From: an uncultured Alphaproteobacteria bacterium
GTDB taxonomy: Bacteria > Pseudomonadota > Alphaproteobacteria > RF32 > CAG-239
NCBI GenBank assembly: GCA_944391315.1
Contig: CALXTD010000002.1
Coordinates: 24,573-88,572 of the forward strand
Length of the DNA: 64,000 bases
Direction: 5' to 3'
Shown here: one piece after another, positions 16,958 through 24,920 of the stretch
Numbering within the stretch: position 1 is the stretch's first letter
How the letters are laid out: every line of letters starts with the position of its first letter
The notes under the pieces: generated by a model
What the model saw: the letters and a program-made list of their open reading frames with translations, nothing else
Told to the model about the DNA's origin: nothing
Databases searched by the model: none
Translations under genes and position numbers: made by a program

Positions 16958-18500
16958 TCGTCAAAATCGTTCCTTAAACTATACGCTGCCTTGTCCTATC
17001 GGTGGGTTAAATATGCGTGACAGCTTAGGCCAGATGAAGGAAAGCGACGCTATTGTTATGGATAATTATTTTCCGGGAGAGACCAAGGTTTCTTTGCGCA
17101 AAGGGTATGTGCGCTATGTGATTACCGGAAAGCCGGTTCATACCTTGGTAGAGCATAAGGCCGAAAGCGGATTAAACCGTTTTTTTGCTTTTTGCGATAA
17201 TGAGCTGTGGGATATTACTTCTAAATCTTCTCCTGAAAAATTAGCGGATAATTTTACTAATGACAAGTGGCAGACGGTGCAATTTAAAAATCGTTTGTTT
17301 GCCGTTAACGGTGCCGATGCGCCTCAAACTTATGTGATTGAGGAAAATGGCGAAGGCGTTTGGAAAAATGCTGAATTTACCGGTGACGGTCTTATTCCGG
17401 CGTCTTTGGTAAATGTCACTTCTTCCAAACAGCGTTTGTGGTTTGTGGAAAAAAACAGCATGAAAGCTTGGTATTCCGAAAATGCGGCGGAAGTGCAAGG
17501 AAAATTGCTGTGTTTTGATATGTCGACGATAGCGCGTGATGGCGGGGCTTTGGTGGCGATTGCTTCTTGGACCCAAGATGGCGGGATGGGCATAGATGAC
17601 TTGACCGTTTTTATTACCTCGGAAGGTGAGGCTTTGATTTACAGCGGGTCTAATCCTAATTCTGCCGAAGATTGGGAGCTGCGCGGGGTTTATCGGGTCG
17701 GGCGTCCAATTGGGTATCGTTGCATATTGCAATATCAGGGGGATGTGGTGCTGGTTTCGGTTGACGGTTATTTGCCGCTGTCAAAGGCTTTGCCGCTGAA
17801 CAGTGCCAATAACTCTCAGATTTCTTTTTCGGATAAAATAAGAGGGTTGGTTTTGGAGCGGACGGCTTTGTCTCAGGACAAATTCGGGTGGCAGCCGTTT
17901 ATTTATAATCGTGGCGGCTATGCTTTGTTTAATGTTCCGGTTAATCAGAGCTTTGAGCAGCATGTGGTTAATCTTAATACCGGTGCTTGGTGTCGCTTTA
18001 CAAATATTCCGGCGCTTTGTTGGGGGCTTTATCAGAATCGGGCTTATTTCGGAATGCATGACGGAATTATGCTGTTTGATGAAAGTTATGCTGATGAGCT
18101 TAATCCTATCGAGGGGCATATTGAGCAGGCTTATTCTTCTCTCGGTATAGCCGCTATGAAAAAGCTGCAACTGCTTAATCCGCGTACAAAGGCCTTTAAT
18201 CCCTTTGCTTTAACGCTTTATGCCAATGCTGATTTTGCTGATGATTCTCAGCCTTTTGTGGAGAATATCGGCAATGATTCAACAGATAGGACTTTTTGGA
18301 ACGAGGCCAAATGGAGTTCTTTGTCAGTGCCTTCGGGGACCAAATGGGCGGTGCTCAAAGGGGTTATTCGCAGTCAATGGATAGGGACTTCGGCAACGGG
18401 GCTGAAATTCAGTCTTGTATTCAAAACAAAGACCAAAGGAAATGCTATTGAGTGGTATGGAACAGACTGTCGTTTTGAACAAGGTTCCGGTTTTCTTTGA
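16932..18500 (+). CDS. large virion structural protein (tail hub/adaptor candidate)
   Basis: 522 aa, the largest post-capsid ORF. The call is positional only. Confidence 0.45.
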   Translation: MFMQRRKVNRQNRSLNYTLPCPIGGLNMRDSLGQMKESDAIVMDNYFPGETKVSLRKGYVRYVITGKPVHTLVEHKAESGLNRFFAFCDNELWDITSKSSPEKLADNFTNDKWQTVQFKNRLFAVNGADAPQTYVIEENGEGVWKNAEFTGDGLIPASLVNVTSSKQRLWFVEKNSMKAWYSENAAEVQGKLLCFDMSTIARDGGALVAIASWTQDGGMGIDDLTVFITSEGEALIYSGSNPNSAEDWELRGVYRVGRPIGYRCILQYQGDVVLVSVDGYLPLSKALPLNSANNSQISFSDKIRGLVLERTALSQDKFGWQPFIYNRGGYALFNVPVNQSFEQHVVNLNTGAWCRFTNIPALCWGLYQNRAYFGMHDGIMLFDESYADELNPIEGHIEQAYSSLGIAAMKKLQLLNPRTKAFNPFALTLYANADFADDSQPFVENIGNDSTDRTFWNEAKWSSLSVPSGTKWAVLKGVIRSQWIGTSATGLKFSLVFKTKTKGNAIEWYGTDCRFEQGSGFL

Positions 18501-18519
18501 TATTTTTGGGGAGGCATAT

Positions 18520-18933
18520 ATGGAAATTATTCAAGATTCCTGCGGGCTGATTGCCCATTGGGTTTGTGCTTCTTTGGGCGAAAGTGATGTTTGGGTCGGC
18601 GAAAATTATACCATTGGTTTTGTGGAAGGCGGAAAGCTTGTCGGCGGGCTTATTTTTAATAATTATCGCCCCAATCATGATGTTTGGTGGACAATCTATA
18701 CCAATGACAAGCGTTGGTGCTGTCGAAAAGTTTTACGCTTTATCTTTGATATGGCGTTTAATGTGTTGAAATGTCGAAGAATTAGCCTTTTGGTGAGCGT
18801 TTCAAACAAAGCCTGTCTGAATTTGGTAAAAAAGCTGGGCTTTAAAATTGAGGGGCGTCTTCGTGCTTTTCGTGAAAACGGCGAGGACGCTTTTGTTCTT
18901 TCTATCTTAAATTCTGAATCTTTATGGAGTTAA
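18520..18933 (+). CDS. GNAT-family N-acetyltransferase embedded in the tail module
   Basis: Start ATG 18520 is preceded by GGGGAGG. The C-terminal half (RRISLLVSVSNKACLNLVKKLGFKIEGRLR) resembles GNAT motifs A/B. Confidence 0.6.
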   Translation: MEIIQDSCGLIAHWVCASLGESDVWVGENYTIGFVEGGKLVGGLIFNNYRPNHDVWWTIYTNDKRWCCRKVLRFIFDMAFNVLKCRRISLLVSVSNKACLNLVKKLGFKIEGRLRAFRENGEDAFVLSILNSESLWS

Positions 18934-18937
18934 TGTT

Positions 18938-19621
18938 ATGAGTAAATCTATCGGAAAAATTTTGGGTGCAGGTGGGGCCAGTACTTCTTATAATCAAGCA
19001 GAAAATGATGCGCTTAATTATTTGAAAAATATTGATACTTCTCTGGCGGATAAAACTTATGATAATTTTGCGCAATATGGTTATGATCTTAGTCAGACGC
19101 TTAATAATCGTCCGGATTATATTTATTCGGTCGATGGATCTGATGAGGCGCGTCAGCGTATGGAAAATGCGGTTTATAATTCTTATGTTGACAAGCTGAC
19201 GCCGCAATTTGAACAGCAGACTTCGGATTTGCAAACACGTTTGGCCAACCAAGGATTGTCGGTTGGGTCAGAGGCTTATCAACGTGCGATGTCTGATTTG
19301 CAAGATTCTCAAAATTCGGCGCTGAATCAGGCTGCTTATACGTCTGTTAATGCAGGCCAAAACTCGTTTTCAAATTCTTTGCGCGATGCGATTTCTTCTG
19401 CCGGATTTACCAATTCTGCTCGTCAGCTGCCGATTAATGAAATTTATTCTTTGATGAAAAATTCGCCCAGTGCTTATGAGAATAATATGAATATTTATTC
19501 GATTCAAAATCAGGCCGAAAATCGTATTAACCAGAACAAGGCCTATAATTCTCAGGCGCAATTTAATGCCGGTAATCAGTTGTTGGGAAATGCTGCCGGT
19601 GTCTTGTTTGGTTTGTTTTAA
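18938..19621 (+). CDS. hypothetical virion protein (N/Q/S-rich)
   Basis: 227 aa, located in the tail module. Confidence 0.45.
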   Translation: MSKSIGKILGAGGASTSYNQAENDALNYLKNIDTSLADKTYDNFAQYGYDLSQTLNNRPDYIYSVDGSDEARQRMENAVYNSYVDKLTPQFEQQTSDLQTRLANQGLSVGSEAYQRAMSDLQDSQNSALNQAAYTSVNAGQNSFSNSLRDAISSAGFTNSARQLPINEIYSLMKNSPSAYENNMNIYSIQNQAENRINQNKAYNSQAQFNAGNQLLGNAAGVLFGLF

Positions 19622-19641
19622 TTCTTTTCGGGAGATGTATT

Positions 19642-20424
19642 ATGCCGTTTGACAGTCAAGGAATTTTTTCACGAATTCATAACTGGGAAGATGATCGTCA
19701 GAATAATATTGAAATCGTGACTGATCATCATGATGAGGAAGATGATAATTTTGCATCCGGTCTTTCGCAATGTTTGTTGCGTGATGGGCGCGCGGCGATG
19801 GAAGCTAATTTTAATGCCGGAAATTTTCAGATTAAAAATCTTAAGGCCGGTTCTATCAGCTCAGATGCGGTGAATTTGATCCAACTGAATGATCAGATTG
19901 CTTCTTTGAAAAAGACTTTGCTGGCCAGTATTAACCAAGGTTTTAAAATCGGTGATATTAAGGCTTCGGTTAAAAATGCTAATCATGACAACTGGTTTTT
20001 GTGCAATGGTCAGGCTATCAGTCGTGTAACTTATGCTGATTTGTTTGCCCTTATCGGAACTAAGTTTGGAACGGGTGACGGAACATCAACTTTTAATCTG
20101 CCGGATTATAGAGGCAAGTTCTTGCGTGGTTTGGGAGGAGATTCCGCCAGTGATATTTATAAAACCCAAGCCGAAGGTTTGCCTAATATTGCAGGGCGTA
20201 TTTGGACAGCAAGAAACAGTACTATTAATACATCGTTTGCTAATGGTGCTTTTTATATGGACACACAAAATGCTAATGGTAACGGAACGGGAGGTGATAT
20301 GCCAACAGCTTATACTGTTTATATGGATGCATCACGTAGTTCTAAAATTTATGGTGCATCATCTCACGTTACGCCGATAAACCAAGCGGTGAACTACTTT
20401 ATTAAAGTTAAAGAGGAGGCTTAA
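19642..20424 (+). CDS. tail fibre protein with phage tail-collar domain
   Basis: CNGQAISRVTYADLFALIGTKFGTGDGTSTFNLPDYRGKFLRG is the classic tail-collar motif. Confidence 0.8.
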   Translation: MPFDSQGIFSRIHNWEDDRQNNIEIVTDHHDEEDDNFASGLSQCLLRDGRAAMEANFNAGNFQIKNLKAGSISSDAVNLIQLNDQIASLKKTLLASINQGFKIGDIKASVKNANHDNWFLCNGQAISRVTYADLFALIGTKFGTGDGTSTFNLPDYRGKFLRGLGGDSASDIYKTQAEGLPNIAGRIWTARNSTINTSFANGAFYMDTQNANGNGTGGDMPTAYTVYMDASRSSKIYGASSHVTPINQAVNYFIKVKEEA

Positions 20425-20426
20425 AT

Positions 20427-20789
20427 ATGACAGGTCGTATTTTACCTTATGCAAATATTATTGAGGTTCGACAGGGCGATAGTTTTACAATCAAGCTTAA
20501 AATTCATAAAGGGGAGAAAGATTTTGATTTGACTGGTGCAAGAGTTAATATGCAAGTGCGCAATATAGAAGGCAATGATTTGAAATTTGATTTGTCGGCA
20601 GAGCCGATTGATACTCAAAAAGGAGAGTTTGCGCTTTTGCTTTCGCCTGTGGAAACAAGTATTGATGTTGGGTCTTATAAAACGGATATTCAACTTTCGA
20701 CCGCAGACGGGCAGATTAACACAATATTTCCTGCCGATGTTAATAAGGTGGCAATTTTTAGAATTACGGAGCAGGTGACTCATGAGTGA
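20427..20789 (+). CDS. hypothetical phage protein
   Basis: A 120-aa ORF between two fibre genes. Confidence 0.45.
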   Translation: MTGRILPYANIIEVRQGDSFTIKLKIHKGEKDFDLTGARVNMQVRNIEGNDLKFDLSAEPIDTQKGEFALLLSPVETSIDVGSYKTDIQLSTADGQINTIFPADVNKVAIFRITEQVTHE

Positions 20790-21909
20790 TGTTATTAATG
20801 TTAATATTTCTGATGCTGCGGTTGAAATTTGTTGTCAAGATGGGGCTGTTTTTGATGTTCTATGGCAAGATGAGGTTAATCTCAATCTGGACTTAAATTT
20901 GATGTATATAAAGTCGGGGCAGGCTGAGATACAATCTTATGTTAATAATGTTTCTAAGCCGGAGATTGATGCTTATCTTAATACACAGGCAGAGCCGATA
21001 GTTGCAGATGTTTCTTCACGGATTGTGACGCCGCTGATTGATAACTATGTAACGGAAACAAGCAAGCCTGAGCTTGATGCTTTTGTGGAAGCTAAAAAGC
21101 CGGAACTTCAGGCTTATGTCTCTTCTGCTCAGGAGCAAGCAAATTTGGCAACGGAACAAGCTGAAACAGCTGTTGCGGCAAAAAATGAGTCGGCTTCTTT
21201 GGCAGAGAATGCGCAGGCTTCAGCCTCGGCGGCGGAACAAAGCTCTTTATCTGCAGCTGCGGCACAAAATAATGCAGCTGCCAGTGCAGCTCAGGCTCAA
21301 GAATTTGCAGAGCAAGCATCAAGTGCTTCGGGCGGAAAGGCTAATGTTGATTTAGATAATTTATCTTCTGTTGGAATAGCTAAATTTAATGCTAAGCAAA
21401 ACACGATAACCGGTGCGGCAACAACGATTGCTTCTGCAAATTTGACAGCAAATAGGGCTCTGATTTCAAATGGCAGTGGAAAAGTTGCCGTTTCGGCTGT
21501 TACTAGCACTGAACTAGGTTATTTGGACGGTGTGACAAGTGCTATTCAAACACAGTTGAACTCAAAGCAGGCTGCCGGATCTTATGCAAACACTAGTTTG
21601 AGCAATATCTCTACGAGTGGATTATCCAGCAAATATTTTTATATTGGAAAATTGCTTGTTCAGTGGGGAATTGCAGGCAGAACTCAACAAGGCGGAACTG
21701 TGTGGGTGGGATTTCCGAAGCCATTTGCCAATACAGCTTATGGTGTCTCTCTGGTTGGAAAACCTGATGATTCAGAAAATTGGACCAATAGGGTAATGAC
21801 AGTTAATAAAACTTTATCAACAACCGGTTTTACTATCACTAATAATGGTTGGTCAGACGCTTATAATGGCATGACTGCATTGTGGATTGCCGTCGGACAA
21901 GGAGTTTAA
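20782..21909 (+). CDS. tail fibre protein (Ala/Gln-rich coiled stalk plus C-terminal globular domain)
   Basis: 375 aa with a long repetitive stretch AQ..A..SA.AA..S...A, typical of fibre shafts. Confidence 0.6.
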   Translation: MSDVINVNISDAAVEICCQDGAVFDVLWQDEVNLNLDLNLMYIKSGQAEIQSYVNNVSKPEIDAYLNTQAEPIVADVSSRIVTPLIDNYVTETSKPELDAFVEAKKPELQAYVSSAQEQANLATEQAETAVAAKNESASLAENAQASASAAEQSSLSAAAAQNNAAASAAQAQEFAEQASSASGGKANVDLDNLSSVGIAKFNAKQNTITGAATTIASANLTANRALISNGSGKVAVSAVTSTELGYLDGVTSAIQTQLNSKQAAGSYANTSLSNISTSGLSSKYFYIGKLLVQWGIAGRTQQGGTVWVGFPKPFANTAYGVSLVGKPDDSENWTNRVMTVNKTLSTTGFTITNNGWSDAYNGMTALWIAVGQGV

Positions 21910-21913
21910 CAAA

Positions 21914-22390
21914 ATGCAAATAAATGATATTTTTACAATAGAACAATACGATGAAGCTTATGCCTTTATTTGTAAAAATCAAGGAACTAAGATTGTTGAT
22001 CTTGGTAATGGACAATATAGTATTGTTGAAATACCTCAGCCAACACTAGATGAACTCAAAGCCTTAAAGCGAGCTGAAATAAATCAAGCTCGTGATAACG
22101 CTGAACAAGGCGGCTTTGAGTATCTTGGAAAAACTTTTGACAGCGACCAAGTGTCCTGTATAAGAATGTCCTCAGCAGCACAGGCGATGCAGTATGCTGA
22201 TGATACCGTCACGATAACTTGGACAACGCAGGACAACAGCACAATAGACTTGAACAAATCTCAGCTCATGGGACTTGTCGTGGCTTTGGCTCAATGGTCT
22301 AATACTTGCCATCAAAAGGCAACGGCTCTCAAAGCACAGATTGATGCCTGTGACAGCAAAGAAGCACTGGATAAAGTTAAGTGGGAGTAA
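21914..22390 (+). CDS. DUF4376-like tail fibre assembly/chaperone-type protein
   Basis: LKALKRAEINQARDNAEQGGFEYLGKTFDSDQVS..ALKAQIDAC resembles DUF4376 proteins found downstream of fibre genes. Confidence 0.55.
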   Translation: MQINDIFTIEQYDEAYAFICKNQGTKIVDLGNGQYSIVEIPQPTLDELKALKRAEINQARDNAEQGGFEYLGKTFDSDQVSCIRMSSAAQAMQYADDTVTITWTTQDNSTIDLNKSQLMGLVVALAQWSNTCHQKATALKAQIDACDSKEALDKVKWE

Positions 22391-22630
22391 ATGCTTATGG
22401 ATTGGGAAGCTGTCGGCATTATCTTATCCTTATGCGGTGTGTTGTTTAATTTTATCCGTTTTGGAAAATGGCAAGGCATTATTGAAACCAAAGTTGCAGC
22501 TTTGGAACGTGATTCTTCAATTACGCTCACAAAGTTTGATGTGCTTAATAAAGCTTTGCGTGAAAATAATGAGATTTTAACCGAACTAAAAGTCAAAATA
22601 GAGCTTATGCTCGAAAAAAAAGGAAGGTAA
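22391..22630 (+). CDS. small membrane protein (holin candidate)
   Basis: 79 aa with one N-terminal TM segment (AVGIILSLCGVLFNFI) and a coiled C-terminus. It is the first gene of the lysis block. Confidence 0.4.
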   Translation: MLMDWEAVGIILSLCGVLFNFIRFGKWQGIIETKVAALERDSSITLTKFDVLNKALRENNEILTELKVKIELMLEKKGR

Positions 22631-22633
22631 AAC

Positions 22634-23041
22634 ATGGTGGCACGTGGTATTCGAAATAATAACCCCGGAAACATAAGACATGGGGAAAAGTGGGAAGGGC
22701 TATCAGATAAGCAAACTGATAGCTCTTTTTGTATCTTTGTTTCTCCGGAATATGGAATCAGGGCGCTGGCAAAGGTGTTGCTGACTTATTATAAAAAATA
22801 TCAGCTGAATACGGTCAAAAAAATTATCAGCCGTTATGCGCCACCTAATGAAAATGAGACCGAATCTTATATTAAATCGGTGGCTAATCAACTTGGTGTT
22901 GCATCCGATGAGGTGATTGATCTGTCGTCTGTTGCGGTTCTTGCGGTTTTATTACGTGCCATTATTCGACATGAAAATGGTGAGCAGCCTTATTCTGATG
23001 AACAAATATTAAAAGGTATTCATTTGGCGGGAGTAAAATAA
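22634..23041 (+). CDS. putative cell-wall hydrolase/endolysin (RNNNPGNIR-motif family)
   Basis: GIRNNNPGNIRHGEKWEG is a motif I associate with a phage and proteobacterial family of unproven activity. The endolysin role is inferred from its position in the lysis cassette. Confidence 0.4.
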   Translation: MVARGIRNNNPGNIRHGEKWEGLSDKQTDSSFCIFVSPEYGIRALAKVLLTYYKKYQLNTVKKIISRYAPPNENETESYIKSVANQLGVASDEVIDLSSVAVLAVLLRAIIRHENGEQPYSDEQILKGIHLAGVK

Positions 23042-23632
23042 ATGATTTGGCAGATTGTATTTAGTATTTTAATTGTGGCGATAAGCTCTTTTTTGTGGCG
23101 TGTCCGTGGTGGACTCGATATTTGGAAAGGGGGCAATGTTCCGATGAATAAAATTTGGTATGCCGTGGCTTTCGCGATTTATGCCGGATTTTATTTTGGT
23201 TTTTCAGTTCAAAATATCCTTATAGCCTTTATTGCGTGTTATACGTCTTATCAGCTTTACGGCTGGGGAAAATATATCGGAGCTTTAACTTCCGGTAATC
23301 TTGATAAGCAAGAAAAGGAATGTGAGCTTATTGATGATTTGCTTGATAATTGCCACGTTACTTTCAAAGGTAAAGTTGTTTATTTGTGGGACTATCCAAA
23401 ACTATACGGATTTATCGGAACGTGCCTTACCGGATTTATTATCACTTTCTTGTGGGGATTATTCCTTGCCGATTTAATAGTTATGATTTCAGGTATTGGA
23501 ATGGGGTTGTGTTATTATTTGGGGGCTTTTTTAAGTCAATATAAAGATGACGGTAAATCCGGCTGGAACTGGGGAGAATGGATTTTTGGTGCTTATATCG
23601 GTGCGATTTTTGCAAGGAGTCTGTTATGGTAA
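23042..23632 (+). CDS. polytopic membrane protein, unknown function
   Basis: 196 aa with about 6 hydrophobic segments, located in the lysis block. Confidence 0.5.
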   Translation: MIWQIVFSILIVAISSFLWRVRGGLDIWKGGNVPMNKIWYAVAFAIYAGFYFGFSVQNILIAFIACYTSYQLYGWGKYIGALTSGNLDKQEKECELIDDLLDNCHVTFKGKVVYLWDYPKLYGFIGTCLTGFIITFLWGLFLADLIVMISGIGMGLCYYLGAFLSQYKDDGKSGWNWGEWIFGAYIGAIFARSLLW

Positions 23633-23763
23633 AAAAACTAACAAAGCACAAATGGAAGATTATTTGCTTGGCGGCAATCGTGGTGGCGATTGTCGCTTTT
23701 TTTAAGCCCGAATGTGCTGAAAATGTGGCTCGGGCTTTTTTGCTCATTATAGCGGGGGTGTGA
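23626..23763 (+). CDS. small single-TM protein (holin/antiholin candidate)
   Basis: MVKKLTKHKWKIICLAAIVVAIVAFF.., with an AAGGAG RBS at 23613-23618. Confidence 0.4.
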   Translation: MVKKLTKHKWKIICLAAIVVAIVAFFKPECAENVARAFLLIIAGV

Positions 23764-23966
23764 TGAAATATGCGTTGGTTGTTGTTCTTTTTATTTCTTC
23801 TTTGCTTGGAGCTTATTTTCTTGGTCGCAGTCATAGCGAGCTAAAAATTGTTAAAGAACAAGTCGAGGTGGTGAAATATGTGGAAAAGAAAAAAGCGGCA
23901 ATTTATTCTCAGCCTAATGCTTCTCGTGGTGAGCTGCTTGGCCTCATGCGCGATGGAATCTTGTAA
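23760..23966 (+). CDS. i-spanin-like protein (Rz-like)
   Basis: 68 aa with an N-terminal TM segment and a charged helical periplasmic part. It precedes and overlaps a lipoprotein ORF in another frame. Confidence 0.5.
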   Translation: MMKYALVVVLFISSLLGAYFLGRSHSELKIVKEQVEVVKYVEKKKAAIYSQPNASRGELLGLMRDGIL

Positions 23967-24102
23967 TCTCTCTACAGTTTATCCGGTGGGCGGAAAAGAG
24001 GTTGCAAAAGAGCTTGAGAATCTGCCTTATCAAGGTTATGAACATTTTTGGGAGTGGTTGGCGCGGATTAATAAACTGCGTCAGGAACTCTCATCTTTTT
24101 GA
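23878..24102 (+). CDS. o-spanin-like lipoprotein (Rz1-like), overlapping the i-spanin gene
   Basis: It has the lipobox LVVSC/LASC after a basic N-terminus (MWKRKKRQFILSLMLLVVSCLASC). Its start lies inside 23760..23966 in a different frame. Confidence 0.5.
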   Translation: MWKRKKRQFILSLMLLVVSCLASCAMESCNLSTVYPVGGKEVAKELENLPYQGYEHFWEWLARINKLRQELSSF

Positions 24103-24159
24103 TTTTTCGTTATATTTCAAAAAAATCAAAAATTAATGCAAAAATTATAAATTTTTTTC

Positions 24160-24187
24160 TTGACCTTAGCAAAAAAATTTGTATATA
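24160..24187 (+). promoter_or_regulatory. promoter of the tRNA-Cys/tRNA-Asn pair
   Basis: TTGACC (24160-24165), a 16-nt spacer, then TATATA (24182-24187). Confidence 0.5.
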
Positions 24188-24250
24188 TATTCCTTGTTGA
24201 GTGACCGTGAGGTGAAGTTATTAACGAGCTTCTTTGGGTCTAGATGGATT

Positions 24251-24324
24251 GGCCGGTTGGCAGAATGGTTATGCAGAGGACTGCAAATCCTTTGATATCG
24301 GTTCAATTCCGGTACCGGCCTCCA
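24251..24324 (+). tRNA. tRNA-Cys (GCA)
   Basis: Folded by hand. Acceptor GGCCGGT/ACCGGCC; anticodon stem GAGGA/TCCTT with loop CTGCAAA; T arm ATCGG-TTCAATT-CCGGT; discriminator U and an encoded CCA. Confidence 0.9.
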
Positions 24325-24332
24325 GTTATTAT

Positions 24333-24407
24333 TCCGACTTAGCTCAGCGGTAGAGCAATCGGCTGTTAACCGATTGGTCGTTGGTTCGATCCCAACAGTC
24401 GGAGCCA
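24333..24407 (+). tRNA. tRNA-Asn (GTT)
   Basis: Acceptor TCCGACT/AGTCGGA; D arm GCTC-AGCGGTA-GAGC; anticodon arm ATCGG-CTGTTAA-CCGAT; T arm GTTGG-TTCGATC-CCAAC; encoded CCA. Confidence 0.92.
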
Positions 24408-24410
24408 TAC

Positions 24411-24441
24411 AAAGACCTTTCTTCGGAAAGGTCTTTTTTTT
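24411..24441 (+). terminator. terminator after the tRNA pair
   Basis: AAAGACCTTTC TTCG GAAAGGTCTTT followed by a T-run. Confidence 0.8.
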
Positions 24442-24464
24442 GTTAGGGGGAAAAGGAGGAGCTT

Positions 24465-24920
24465 ATGAAGGTTGCTATCGGTGCCGATCACGGCGGTTTT
24501 GACGCCAAAGAAAAACTCGTTACTTATCTTAAAAATAAAGGCTATGCTGTTGCCGATATGGGAACAAATTCTTCCGAATCGGTTGATTATCCAGACTTTG
24601 CCGAGAAAGTTTGTCAGGAAATTTTGCAACAAAAAGCTGATTTCGGTGTTTTGATTTGCGGTACGGGAATCGGTATTTCTATTGCGGCTAATCGTCATGT
24701 CGGAATTCGTGCTGCGCTGCTTTATAATGATGAAACGGCAGCTTTGGCTCGTCAGCATAATAATGCCAATATTGCTGTCTTTGGCGGGCGGATGATGTCT
24801 GTTGAAGATATGGAAAAGCGCCTTGATATCTTTCTTAATACCGGATTTGAAGGCGGACGTCACCTTCGTCGAATCGAAAAAATTGATGTTTACGGAGGGT
24901 GTTCAAATGTTGGACTTTAA
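24465..24920 (+). CDS. rpiB: ribose-5-phosphate isomerase B
   Basis: [51 protein letters not shown] are RpiB/LacAB signatures. Confidence 0.9.
   Translation: MKVAIGADHGGFDAKEKLVTYLKNKGYAVADMGTNSSESVDYPDFAEKVCQEILQQKADFGVLICGTGIGISIAANRHVGIRAALLYNDETAALARQHNNANIAVFGGRMMSVEDMEKRLDIFLNTGFEGGRHLRRIEKIDVYGGCSNVGL

Larger units (their letters stand above)
9532..24102 (+). mobile_element. phage-derived head/tail/lysis gene cluster (podovirus-like order); no integrase, repressor or replication genes recognised
   Basis: 22 same-strand ORFs run in the order terS, terL, GroES-like, portal, scaffold, capsid, adaptors, tail fibres, then a lysis cassette with overlapping spanins. No tape-measure-sized ORF is present. 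The cluster ends 150 nt before tRNA-Cys. Confidence 0.8.

Noticed and set aside
22634-23041. The temptation to label the RNNNPGNIR-motif protein as a specific named virion or lysozyme protein.
   Set aside because: I only recall the motif from loosely annotated database entries. No catalytic residues can be assigned by eye, so it is kept as a positional endolysin candidate.
24166-24408. An 80-aa minus-strand ORF covering the tRNA region.
   Set aside because: The segment folds into two canonical tRNAs (Cys-GCA and Asn-GTT) on the plus strand, so the ORF is spurious.
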